The notes below the pieces were generated by a model that searched no databases, was not told the DNA's origin, and saw nothing but the letters and a program-made list of their open reading frames with translations. Position numbers and translations under genes: made by a program. 32,000 bases of DNA from Thermoproteus tenax Kra 1. GTDB taxonomy: Archaea; Thermoproteota; Thermoprotei; Thermoproteales; Thermoproteaceae. This document shows, piece by piece, positions 8,621 through 17,444 of the stretch (the first letter of the stretch is position 1; each line of letters begins with the position of its first letter). The DNA lies in contig NC_016070.1 in assembly GCF_000253055.1 (NCBI RefSeq), forward strand, positions 1,710,001 through 1,742,000, in the 5' to 3' direction.

Positions 8621-9097
8621 TTAAAACCGCTTAATCAGGCTGCTCTTCAAGACCTCGTCGCGCACCTCTTCCATGAAGCGCCGCACCCTCTCTCTAATCT
8701 CAGGGTATTTTATGCCCAGTATCCTGAGCGCCAAATATGCGGCGTTAGCGGCGTTGCCTATCGCCACAGTGGCCACAGGCACCCCTCTGGGCATCTGCAC
8801 TATCGATAACAATGAGTCAAGGCCCCCCAAGTGCTTAGTGGGCACCGGCACGCCTATGACAGGGAGTACTGTGTGGGACGCCGTCATGCCGGGCAGATGG
8901 GCAGCGCCGCCGGCCCCAGCTATAATTACGTCGAACTCCCTCTCAGCATTTTTGGCGAACTCTGCCATGAAGTCCGGCGTTCTGTGTGCGCTTACTACTC
9001 TGGCCTCGTAGGATACGCCGAACTTCTCCAACACGTCCATGGCCTCCTTCATTACGTCGAGGTCGTGGACGGACCCCATAATTACGGCAACCCTCAT
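8621..9097 (-). CDS. purE: N5-CAIR mutase PurE
   Basis: Shows [27 protein letters not shown] and VIGVPV. I set the start at the ATG at 9097 because a TTTTAT box lies about 25 nt upstream. The 13 codons upstream in the tracked ORF are not PurE-like. Confidence 0.9.
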   Translation of the reverse strand: MRVAVIMGSVHDLDVMKEAMDVLEKFGVSYEARVVSAHRTPDFMAEFAKNAEREFDVIIAGAGGAAHLPGMTASHTVLPVIGVPVPTKHLGGLDSLLSIVQMPRGVPVATVAIGNAANAAYLALRILGIKYPEIRERVRRFMEEVRDEVLKSSLIKRF

Positions 9098-9231
9098 GGG
9101 ATGAAGACGTAGCGCGGATAAAAGGAGATCGCACAAAATAGAGGTTCTACCAATTTAAGCATTTAGTTAATATAGTTGCGGAAATAAGCCCGGCATCATC
9201 CATAAAATTTTAAATAGATATTGGAAATACC

Positions 9232-11334
9232 ATGGGCCTTAGGGACGACGAGTGGCAGCTCATAAGACTAAAGCTGGGGAGAGAGCCCACTAAAGCCGAG
9301 AGAGCCATATTCGAGTCTCACTGGTCTGAGCACTGCTCATACAAGTCTACTCGTTCTTGGCTCAAGCTCCTTCCGACGAAGGCGCCCTGGGTTCTGAGGG
9401 GCCCCGGCCTAGACGCCCCTCTGATAAAAATAACCGACCGCCTCCTTGTCACTTTCAAGATAGAGTCGCACAATCACCCGAGCGCGATAGATCCGTACAA
9501 CGGCGCAGCAACAGGTGTTGGCGGCATAATTAGAGATATACTTACCGTTAGGGCGAAGCCGGTCGCTCTTTTAGTGAACCTACACTTCGGACCCCTTGAC
9601 GATCAACATGCCAGGTGGATCGCGCGAAATGTGGTGAGAGGCATATCCGACTACGGGAACAGAGTCGGAGTGCCGGTAGTTGGCGGCGATACGATCTTCG
9701 ATCAATCGTTCACAAGAAACCCGATAGTCCTCGCCACCTGCGTGGGGGTCGTGGAGGAAGAAGCTGTGCCTAAGGGCGACATAGCGCCGGGCGACTTCCT
9801 CTTAGTGGCCGGCTCCTATACAGACCGTAGCGGGCTTGGAGGGTCGGCGTTTGCGAGCAAGGGCTTGAGCGGCGAGTCGGAGGAGGATCTAGGCGCGGTC
9901 CAGGTGGCAGATCCTCTGATGGGCAAGCTCATCATAGACTTAGTGCAGGAGGCGAGGGGTTGCGTCAAGTACATAAAGGACTTAGGAGGGGGAGGGCTGG
10001 CCACCGCCGCCGTGGAGTTGGCCGAACAGACGGGCCTCGGTCTAGAGTTGGACCTAGACAACGTGCACCTCGCCGATCCCACTATGGAGCCGGCTGAAAT
10101 ACTGGCGTCAGAGACGCAGGAGCGTATGGTGTTTGTAGTAGACGCGAAAGGCCTCGAGTGTCTCAAGAGGCTGGCCGATAAGCTCGATGTACCTATATCC
10201 GTCGTTGGACGCTTCACTGAAGCGCCCGGCGTAATGGTCAGGTGGAAGGGTCAGAAGGTGGCCGAGATACCGCCAGAGCTCTACAGAGCGCCCGACGTGA
10301 GGTGGCCCATGCGTGAGAACAAGAGGAGCGGGACTCTCGAAATCCCCTTTGTGCCCATTGAGAAGACAGCAGAGCTCGTCCTCTCCTCGCCCAATGTGGC
10401 AGACAAGGCCATAATCTATACTCAGTTTGACTCGACCGTCGGCGTTAGGACAGTGTTTAGACCAGGCGAGGCAGATGCCGCTGTAGTGAAACTGTTTGAG
10501 GAGGGCAACATAGGCGTGGCCATCAAGGGCGAGAGCAACCCGAGGTACTCATATCTCGACCCCTATCTAGGTGCAATCAATTCTTTCGTCAAAGCCTATA
10601 GGAACGTGGCCTCCGTTGGCGCAAAGCCATTGGCCGCCGTCGATTCGATAAACGTCGGCAATCCCGAGAAGCCGGATAGATATTGGCAGTTTGTTGAATC
10701 GGTAAGAGGAGTGGCCGATGCGGCGAGAAGCTTGGGAGTGCCAGTCGTAGGAGGGAAGGTGAGCCTATATAACGAGGACGAAGAAGGAAACCCTATAAGG
10801 CCTGTGGTCGCCGTAGTTATATTGGGCAAGCTAGACGACATCGCTCACGCCAGGAGGGCTATATGGCACGACGGAGACGTCGTAAGGATCCTCGGTACAA
10901 CGAGGCCAGAGTTGGGCGGCTCCGAGTACCTGTGGAGGGTATTCGGCGTTGTTGAGGGCGAACCGCCGATCGTGGACTTTAGACAAGAGCTACAGTTGGC
11001 GGAATTGCTCCCCTCCCTGGCCCCCAAGGTCCATGGCATCCACGACGTGGGGCTCGGCGGCGTGTTAGTCGCGCTTGCCAAAATGGCTAGAGCCAGCGGT
11101 GTGGGCGCCGAGATAGACCTATGCAAGATCCCCGCGACGGACGCCAGACTGGACTATCTGGCCTACAGTGAATCCAACGGGAGAGTCCTCATAGCGGCCG
11201 AAGAGGATGCGGACGTGCCCGGCGTGCCTTTAGGCAGAGTCTGGGGGGACAAGCTGGTGGTGAAATGCGGGGAGAACGTGCTATTCGCAATAAAGCTCGA
11301 GAGGCTGAGCGAGCTCATGTCGCTCAAACTATGA
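9232..11334 (+). CDS. purL: Phosphoribosylformylglycinamidine synthase II PurL
   Basis: A 700-aa protein showing [23 protein letters not shown] and a duplicated PurM-like domain architecture. Confidence 0.95.
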   Translation: MGLRDDEWQLIRLKLGREPTKAERAIFESHWSEHCSYKSTRSWLKLLPTKAPWVLRGPGLDAPLIKITDRLLVTFKIESHNHPSAIDPYNGAATGVGGIIRDILTVRAKPVALLVNLHFGPLDDQHARWIARNVVRGISDYGNRVGVPVVGGDTIFDQSFTRNPIVLATCVGVVEEEAVPKGDIAPGDFLLVAGSYTDRSGLGGSAFASKGLSGESEEDLGAVQVADPLMGKLIIDLVQEARGCVKYIKDLGGGGLATAAVELAEQTGLGLELDLDNVHLADPTMEPAEILASETQERMVFVVDAKGLECLKRLADKLDVPISVVGRFTEAPGVMVRWKGQKVAEIPPELYRAPDVRWPMRENKRSGTLEIPFVPIEKTAELVLSSPNVADKAIIYTQFDSTVGVRTVFRPGEADAAVVKLFEEGNIGVAIKGESNPRYSYLDPYLGAINSFVKAYRNVASVGAKPLAAVDSINVGNPEKPDRYWQFVESVRGVADAARSLGVPVVGGKVSLYNEDEEGNPIRPVVAVVILGKLDDIAHARRAIWHDGDVVRILGTTRPELGGSEYLWRVFGVVEGEPPIVDFRQELQLAELLPSLAPKVHGIHDVGLGGVLVALAKMARASGVGAEIDLCKIPATDARLDYLAYSESNGRVLIAAEEDADVPGVPLGRVWGDKLVVKCGENVLFAIKLERLSELMSLKL

Positions 11335-11340
11335 CCTCCT

Positions 11341-11625
11341 CCCCGCCTTAGGCGGGGTTTCCGCCGTTGGGGCCTCGCCCGCTGCCCCTCCTCGGGGTTA
11401 ATCCGTTCGACGTCGGACAGTACGCCTCTATCCTCTCCTGCGCCGCCGTAGGGAGGAGCTCCAGGCGGACAGCCCGGGCGGAGGGCACTGCGGCGTCCCC
11501 CCGCCGGGGCCGTCTTGCGCTTGGGTTCGCCCCCGCGCGGCGCCCTTGCCCCTCCCTCTCTGCGTCTTCACCAGCTCTGCCATGAAAAAGCAGATTAAAT
11601 CCACCCACCTAGGGGGCGGGGCTTT
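11341..11625. ncRNA. Candidate structured non-coding RNA of unknown identity (GC-rich island)
   Basis: My hand count gives about 73% G+C over 11341-11580, against a background I judge by eye to be in the mid-50s. The only ORFs are low-complexity Arg/Gly/Pro/Ala frames. Several helices are possible: CCCCGCC (11341-11347) pairs with GGCGGGG at 11351-11357 or at 11615-11621, and an imperfect long hairpin spans 11461-11524. Strand and identity are unresolved. Confidence 0.35.
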
Positions 11626-11675
11626 CTGTTGTAAGCTTTTTATATTAAGCGGATCAAGGGACATGCCAGGGGAAT

Positions 11676-12416
11676 GTGCTTGAGGGAGAAGGCCTCAGCT
11701 TTGGCTACGGCAACTTTAGAGTATTTGAAGACGTAAATCTATCTATCGGCGAGAGGGAGATCGCTGCGATCGTAGGCCCTTCCGGGATAGGCAAGTCCAC
11801 TCTGCTCAGAATTCTCGGCGGCTTTCTCAAGCCTAATTCTGGCGTAGTCAGGCTCTTAGGGGAACCTGTCGTCAGACCGACGCCTAAGATAATGCTAGTG
11901 CATCAGTCTATTGTGACGTTCCCTTGGATGACGGCGTTGGAGAACGTGATGTTGGGGCTCCAACATTTGAGGCTCGATAGAGAGGAGGCGGAGAGGGAGG
12001 CTAAGAGGATGTTGGAGTTGGTCGGGCTCAAGGGCTTTGAGAACTTTTATCCGAAGGAGCTGTCGGGCGGAATGAGACAGAGAGTGGCTATAGCCAGGGC
12101 GCTGGCGGCGAGACCATTGGTGTTGCTCATGGACGAGCCCTTCAGCCACTTGGACGAGCTAACGGCGGAGAACCTACGCCACGAGATATACAGTATACTC
12201 TTCGGCGGGGAGACCTCTCTGAAGAGCGTAGTGCTCGTCTCACATAACTTGTACGAGGTGGTGGAGCTGTCCGATGTTGTCTACGTCCTAAATGGGCGTC
12301 CGGCGCACGTAGTGGACATAGTCAGGATAGATCTCCCCAGGCCCCGGAACCCTAAGGAGCCGGAGTTCACTAAGTACGTCGACGCACTCTATGCGGCGCT
12401 TACTGCCAAACTATGA
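11676..12416 (+). CDS. ABC transporter ATP-binding protein, NitT/TauT (nitrate/sulfonate/taurine) type
   Basis: Shows Walker A GPSGIGKST, the signature LSGGMRQR and Walker B LLMDEPFSHLD. It has a GTG start. Confidence 0.85.
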   Translation: MLEGEGLSFGYGNFRVFEDVNLSIGEREIAAIVGPSGIGKSTLLRILGGFLKPNSGVVRLLGEPVVRPTPKIMLVHQSIVTFPWMTALENVMLGLQHLRLDREEAEREAKRMLELVGLKGFENFYPKELSGGMRQRVAIARALAARPLVLLMDEPFSHLDELTAENLRHEIYSILFGGETSLKSVVLVSHNLYEVVELSDVVYVLNGRPAHVVDIVRIDLPRPRNPKEPEFTKYVDALYAALTAKL

Positions 12417-14032
12417 ACGTCTATCTGACTTTAGTCCTGGCCACTCTGGCAACTACGGCTAGAGTTTTCGCATTAATTGGAGCCTCTATAGTCACAGGTT
12501 GGCTGCTTGGCTATCTAGCCATTAAGAGTAGAGTGTTCGAGAACCTCTACACCTCCTTGATTGGAGTATTCGAGTCTGTGCCCGTCTTCAGCTTCTTTCC
12601 GGTCGTTCTAGTTCTATTTGTCAGCGGCATAGGAGGCTATCTCGGAGTGGAGCTGGCGGCCGACTTCCTAGTTTTCACAGCAGTAGTCTGGAACATCTGG
12701 ATCGGCATCTACCAAGCCTTTAAGACAGTCCCGCGAGAGATGTTGGAGGTGGCAGAGAACCTCAGATTCGGCTTCTTAAAGAAAATGAGGTATCTATATA
12801 TCCCCTACTCTATACCGAGGATAGCGGCAAATCTTCTCCCGAGCTTTGCCGATGCTTACTTCTACATAACAGTAAGCGAGGTCTTCTCGGTGGGGTCGTC
12901 CACATATCAAGTGTTCGGGATAGGCTCCGCCATAGCCCAGCTTGCGGCCAGTGGCGCCCCTCTGAGTCTCTACCTCCTAGCATTGGCCATACTGTCCATT
13001 GCTGTGAGCCTCTCCGTTTATGCGATCAGAGAGTTCGCCGACTACGCCGCGGCCAAATACGCAGTTGATACGTCTGTGCCTATAAGAAGGAGGAGGTTCA
13101 TACCGCCCCGGGCCGCAGGTGCCTTCGGTGGATCTCTCGCCCGCATAGCCAGAAACATAGCGACGACTTATAGGCAGATGGCCCGACAGAGGAGGCCCCC
13201 GCCCGAGAGGGAGAGGAACTACGACAAGCTTCTGAGACCTATCGGCATCGTAGTGGGCGTAGTGCTCCTATCCCTGATACTTTATGGCGCAATCGAGGTA
13301 ATAAAGTCAACGCCTTGGCGGACTTGGGAGAGCCTCTTTGCGAGGACCCCATCGGTAATTCCGGCCATCTTGGCTGATTATGCGAGGGTGTTCATCATCG
13401 CCTTGCTCTCTACGGCTCTAGCCGTCACACTCGGCTACTATCTCGTAACTCACCCGAGCATAGAGCGCGTTATGGTGCCCGTGATACAAACGTTCGCCGC
13501 CTATCCCGCCCCTGTGTATTTCCCCATCATCTTCGCCGCTACGTACGCCGCGCTGTACGGGGCGTTGGGCTACTACGCCAACGAGGTCTACGTCATCGCG
13601 CTCGGCTTTATCTCCACGTTCTACTACGTCTTCTATAGCTTTTGGATGGGCCTAAAGGCCGTTCCTCACGAGGTGTGGGAACTTATGGAGAACTTGGACA
13701 TGCCCTATACTAAAAAAATGGCCAAGATACTTCTGCCGGGCACATTGCCCTACCTTATCTCTGGACTATCTTCCACTATAAACAGCGCGTGGGGTGGTCT
13801 CGCTATAGGGGAGTACTGGCCTGACATAATCAGAGGCGAGACGCTTCAGGTTAAGACAGGGCTTATGAAGCTGATCACATACTCGACGGCCCAAGGCGAC
13901 GTGGCCCTCGCCGCATGGGCCTCCCTCTTGTTCGCTGTGATCGTAGTCTTATTCTCTATCTTCTTCACGAGGAGAATGATGGATTTGGCTATGAAGAAGT
14001 ATATAATGGAGGAGGCCGTATTTGCCGCATAG
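12413..14032 (+). CDS. ABC transporter permease, fused tandem of two permease domains
   Basis: A 539-aa polytopic protein with two EAA-type loops (EVAENLRFGFLKKMRYLYIP and ELMENLDMPYTKKMAKILLP). Its start overlaps the ATPase stop by 4 nt. No substrate-binding protein gene is adjacent. Confidence 0.8.
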   Translation: MNVYLTLVLATLATTARVFALIGASIVTGWLLGYLAIKSRVFENLYTSLIGVFESVPVFSFFPVVLVLFVSGIGGYLGVELAADFLVFTAVVWNIWIGIYQAFKTVPREMLEVAENLRFGFLKKMRYLYIPYSIPRIAANLLPSFADAYFYITVSEVFSVGSSTYQVFGIGSAIAQLAASGAPLSLYLLALAILSIAVSLSVYAIREFADYAAAKYAVDTSVPIRRRRFIPPRAAGAFGGSLARIARNIATTYRQMARQRRPPPERERNYDKLLRPIGIVVGVVLLSLILYGAIEVIKSTPWRTWESLFARTPSVIPAILADYARVFIIALLSTALAVTLGYYLVTHPSIERVMVPVIQTFAAYPAPVYFPIIFAATYAALYGALGYYANEVYVIALGFISTFYYVFYSFWMGLKAVPHEVWELMENLDMPYTKKMAKILLPGTLPYLISGLSSTINSAWGGLAIGEYWPDIIRGETLQVKTGLMKLITYSTAQGDVALAAWASLLFAVIVVLFSIFFTRRMMDLAMKKYIMEEAVFAA

Positions 14033-14056
14033 TACACTGAAACTTTCTGCCAACTG

Positions 14057-14069
14057 TACTATAAAAATT
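14057..14069 (+). promoter_or_regulatory. TATA-like box for the TGT-fold/QueF-L pair
   Basis: A TACTATAAAAATT box is centred about 24 nt upstream of the GTG at 14088. Confidence 0.45.
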
Positions 14070-14087
14070 CGTCGGATAAAATGACCA

Positions 14088-15065
14088 GTGAAGATAATTT
14101 TGGGAACGCCGGTGAGGACAGAGCCCAAGCCCTGGCTCTATTTCGAGGTAGAGTCTATAATGGTCAACGCCATGGAGGCCGACGAGAGGGCGAGGGCCAT
14201 CACCGGATTCGAGGGAGAGCTGTGGGTCGACTCGGGCGGCTACCAGGTACTCAAAAGAGGCCTCGAGGTATCGCCCTACGCCTTGGCGGAGAGATACAGA
14301 AGAATTGGTTGCGATGTTTGTCTCTCCCTCGACGTACCGCCGGCACCATCGGACGACCCCGCGACGGCCCAACGCAAGTTTGAAACGTCCTATAGGAACT
14401 GGAGGATCCTCAGATCGGAGCTCCCGGAGGCCCGCATAATGCCCGTGATACACGTGTATCCCGACGAGCGCCTCTTCGCGCGTTGGCTCAGCGCCTACGA
14501 AGATGCCGAGGAGCTCGCCATAGGGGGCGCGGTGCCCTACGTGTTGATAGCCAGAGGAGCTCCGTCGAACTCAAGGGAGCTCGCCATGAGGCTGTTCGCG
14601 ATGGCGAGGGAAAGGTTCGGAGGAAGACTGCATCTATTAGGTATGGGGAGCCCCTCCGTCTCTGCCACGCTGGAGATATTGGGGATAGACAGCGCCGACA
14701 GCGCCACGTGGAGACTGAAAGCTGCGTACGGGAAAGTAGTACTGCCTGGCGGAGGCGAGAGACACGTAACCAGCAGAGACGTTAATTTCGGCAGACGTAA
14801 GGCGAGGGAGGAGGAGCTGGAGGAGCTCTACGCCTATTTGAGATCCTCGGGCTTCCCGCTCCTGGACGGCTACGACGACTTCAAGTCGCGTTTGAGGGCC
14901 AGCTTCGAATACAGAGCGTTGGTCAACGCCTGGGTTATCTTGAGGAGCAGATCTCCTCCTCGCTCGGCTGTGTTCAAGAAGCTTTATTTGTGGGCCTTGG
15001 AATGGGCCCATGGCCCTAAGGCTCGCGAAGAGGCCGAGCAGAGTCAAGCTCAGAGGAAGGGCTGA
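14088..15065 (+). CDS. TGT-fold (tRNA-guanine transglycosylase / DpdA-like) protein, minimal form
   Basis: Shows WVDSGGYQV and LHLLGMGSP...GIDSADSATW, which match the two catalytic-Asp segments of TGT-family TIM barrels. It has only two Cys (CDVC), so I see no C-x-C-x2-C...H zinc site. At 325 aa there is no room for a PUA domain. It has a GTG start about 24 nt downstream of a TATAAAAA box. Confidence 0.65.
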   Translation: MKIILGTPVRTEPKPWLYFEVESIMVNAMEADERARAITGFEGELWVDSGGYQVLKRGLEVSPYALAERYRRIGCDVCLSLDVPPAPSDDPATAQRKFETSYRNWRILRSELPEARIMPVIHVYPDERLFARWLSAYEDAEELAIGGAVPYVLIARGAPSNSRELAMRLFAMARERFGGRLHLLGMGSPSVSATLEILGIDSADSATWRLKAAYGKVVLPGGGERHVTSRDVNFGRRKAREEELEELYAYLRSSGFPLLDGYDDFKSRLRASFEYRALVNAWVILRSRSPPRSAVFKKLYLWALEWAHGPKAREEAEQSQAQRKG

Positions 15066-15342
15066 GGCCATCTGTCCTATCTCCAAGAGCGTAGATCAGT
15101 ACGAGGTCGAGGTTGAGTATATACCGAGAGAGTCGGCGCTTCTCATAGAGAAGTTCCAAGAGATCTTGCAGAGCTATAGAGGAGTCGAGATACTACACGA
15201 GGAGCTAGCCGTGGATATAGCGGAGAAGATAAAGTCAATAATATCTCCCTCGTATATTAAGGTCGTCGTTAAGTCCAACTATAGGGGGATATACATTGAG
15301 GCAATCTACGAGGTAGGCGGACAGCCGGCCATCTACATCTAA
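15010..15342 (+). CDS. QueF-like T-fold protein (crenarchaeal archaeosine synthase type, QueF-L)
   Basis: A 110-aa protein with the QueF layout ICPISKSVD, EVEYIP, IEKFQEILQSYRG and ILHEEL. The QueF NADPH motif E(S/L)K(S/A)hK(L/Y)(Y/F/W) is not conserved. It overlaps the end of the TGT-fold gene by 56 nt. Confidence 0.7.
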   Translation: MALRLAKRPSRVKLRGRAEAICPISKSVDQYEVEVEYIPRESALLIEKFQEILQSYRGVEILHEELAVDIAEKIKSIISPSYIKVVVKSNYRGIYIEAIYEVGGQPAIYI

Positions 15343-15372
15343 GAATTTTTATGGCACCTTCAGTTAGGGCCG

Positions 15373-16251
15373 ATGATCGTGGTGGAGGAGCTTGAGAGAA
15401 AGTTCGGCCAAGTTGAGGCGCTAAGAGGCGTCAGCTTCTCGGCCGGCTCGGGCAAGGTAGTATCGGTGTTGGGCCCCAACGGCGCCGGCAAGACGACCCT
15501 CGTGAGGATCTTGATAACCGAACTGATGCCCACTAGAGGGAGGGCGTTGGTGGCAGGCCACGATGTAGTGAAGGAGGCCGAGGCAGTAAGGAGGAAGATC
15601 GCGGCGGTTCCACAGGAGGGCTCCCCTATAGGCTTTCTAACGCCCATTGAGTTCGTCTACGCCTACTTGCTCCTCAGAGGATATCCGAGGCGGGAGGCGC
15701 GACGAAGGGCAATTGAGGCTATCCGAGAGCTGGGGCTTTCTGAGGTGAAGGACAGAGAGATCCAGTTCTTATCGGGGGGCACCAAGAGGCGCGTCCTGCT
15801 CGCCTCAGTTCTGGCGGCCGACGTAGAGGTGGTGTTCTTAGACGAGCCGACGACGGGCTTAGACGTGATCTCGAGAAGGGTTGTGTGGAACGCGGTTAGC
15901 GCTTTAAGGAGGAGGGGCACCACCGTGTTGCTCACCACTCACTACGTGGAAGAGGCACAAGTTCTCAGCGACCATGTTGTGCTGCTAAATAGAGGGAAGG
16001 TGGTAGACCAAGGCCCTCCCGAGTCTTTGATCGAGAAGGTACCGGGCAAATTTGTGGTAGAGGCATACGCGCCCAGAGAGCTTCCCAACAAGCCCCATAT
16101 GACTATCGGCGATAGGGCGATCTTCTTTTTGGACAAGCCACAAGAGCTCGCCGAGGAGTTGGTCAAGAGCGGGGCCAAGGTGAGCATAAGGGCCAAGTCG
16201 CTTGAGGACTACGTGTTGTTAAAGATAGGGGCGATCCAGGAAGAGACATGA
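15373..16251 (+). CDS. ABC-2 type exporter ATP-binding protein
   Basis: Shows Walker A GPNGAGKTT, the signature LSGGTKRR and Walker B VFLDEPTTGLD. Confidence 0.85.
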   Translation: MIVVEELERKFGQVEALRGVSFSAGSGKVVSVLGPNGAGKTTLVRILITELMPTRGRALVAGHDVVKEAEAVRRKIAAVPQEGSPIGFLTPIEFVYAYLLLRGYPRREARRRAIEAIRELGLSEVKDREIQFLSGGTKRRVLLASVLAADVEVVFLDEPTTGLDVISRRVVWNAVSALRRRGTTVLLTTHYVEEAQVLSDHVVLLNRGKVVDQGPPESLIEKVPGKFVVEAYAPRELPNKPHMTIGDRAIFFLDKPQELAEELVKSGAKVSIRAKSLEDYVLLKIGAIQEET

Positions 16252-16982
16252 AGAAGTTACTTAGAGACATACTAGTCATAGGGTGGCTGAACGGCTGGGT
16301 CCCTCTGTTGAGGGGATGGGTGTGGCTCCTTGCAAATGTCATAACGCCGATCACTTTCTTAATCATCCTGTGGATCTACGGCGGCGAGACAGGCCTCAAG
16401 TGGGGCCTCCTCGGAGGCTTGATATGGACAGTGGCCTCCAACGGGATATCCCTCATCGGCGATGCCACTTTCTATAGAATAGAGATAAAGTTCCAACAAA
16501 TGTTAGTAGCGGCGCCGGTAAGCCCCGTGGCCTACGCCTTGGGCCTCGCGCTGAGCTCGTTCATTTTCGCCGCACCTGCTGTTGCGTTCTTCACAGGCTT
16601 TCTGGCGCTCTTGGGGGGCCTCACGCCGGCGGCGCTCGGGATATCGGCGGTTGTCCTGGCGTTGTTGTGGATCTCGACAGCGGGCTTGGGCTTCGTTGCA
16701 TCGACCTTCATAAACCAGATGAGATACGCGTGGGCGGTGCCCGGCATAATGTCCGCTGTTTTGTCGTCGTTGGCGCCAGTGTACTGGCCTGCCTCAATTC
16801 TCCCAGTAGAGTATCTCGGCTCACTCCTCCCCACAGGTGCTGCGGGGATATTGTGCCAGAGCGCCCTCGGTCTCGCCGAGTACCCCCCTAGCTTGTTGGC
16901 ATCGGCGTGGATCTCACTTTTTGCGTACTCAATAGTCTCGTTGTTGTTAACGGCTAAGGTGGCAAGGTGGAGAGAGCGTTGA
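16248..16982 (+). CDS. ABC-2 type exporter permease
   Basis: A 244-aa protein that is hydrophobic throughout, with about six predicted membrane spans. Its start overlaps the preceding ATPase stop by 4 nt. Confidence 0.75.
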   Translation: MKKLLRDILVIGWLNGWVPLLRGWVWLLANVITPITFLIILWIYGGETGLKWGLLGGLIWTVASNGISLIGDATFYRIEIKFQQMLVAAPVSPVAYALGLALSSFIFAAPAVAFFTGFLALLGGLTPAALGISAVVLALLWISTAGLGFVASTFINQMRYAWAVPGIMSAVLSSLAPVYWPASILPVEYLGSLLPTGAAGILCQSALGLAEYPPSLLASAWISLFAYSIVSLLLTAKVARWRER

Positions 16983-17024
16983 GGCCGACGGCAATACTTT
17001 AAAATTACACCGTGGCGCCCTTAT

Positions 17025-17444
17025 ATGAAGTACAGGCTTATGGACGTATTGGCGTGTCCCTACGACAAGACCTTCCCTCTAAAGCTCATAGTCATCAAGA
17101 GGACGGAACACCCCGAGAGGCAGTATACCTGGCCCCGCAAGCCGTTCTGCGAGGAGTACTGTTCCTATCGCGACCTCAAGATAAAGGAACATCCCAAGCC
17201 CGAGACGTTGCCGTGCGAGGAGTGCCACAGATGGGAGATAGAGACCGGAGTAATGTACTGCCCGGCCTGCGGGAGATGGTATCCAATCATTGAGGAGATA
17301 CCCAGGATGTTGCCGGATGAGCTCAGGAACGAGAAGGAGGAGGTTGAGTTCCTGAAGTCCATCAAGGCTGAGCTTGAGAAGGTCGCCCCAGATCTCGCCA
17401 AGAAGATACTCTACGAGGGGAAGCCCTTCCGCCTTAAAGAGTAG
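17025..17444 (+). CDS. Trm112-like zinc-ribbon protein carrying an inserted second Cys cluster
   Basis: Has the N-terminal LMDVLACPYDK and the C-terminal YCPACGRWYPIIEEIPRMLP, which are the Trm112/DUF343 signature. A roughly 55-aa insert carries CEEYC and CEEC. Confidence 0.6.
   Translation: MKYRLMDVLACPYDKTFPLKLIVIKRTEHPERQYTWPRKPFCEEYCSYRDLKIKEHPKPETLPCEECHRWEIETGVMYCPACGRWYPIIEEIPRMLPDELRNEKEEVEFLKSIKAELEKVAPDLAKKILYEGKPFRLKE

Noticed and set aside
11341-11625. Assigning the GC-rich island specifically as SRP (7S) RNA or RNase P RNA.
   Set aside because: The size, the 5'/3' terminal pairing and a UUAGGCGGGGUUUCCGCC start are reminiscent of the archaeal SRP Alu domain. However, I could not build helix 5, because both flanks are pyrimidine-rich, and I could not find the helix 8 GNAR/AGCA motifs. 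The RNase P signatures GAGGAAAGUCC and ACAGAA...GGCUUA are also absent in the right order. Its identity is left open.
11348-11664. ORFs of 86, 78 and 72 aa inside the GC-rich island after purL.
   Set aside because: They have Arg/Gly/Pro/Ala-rich low-complexity translations on both strands, which is typical of random frames in very GC-rich DNA. I recognise no motif in them.
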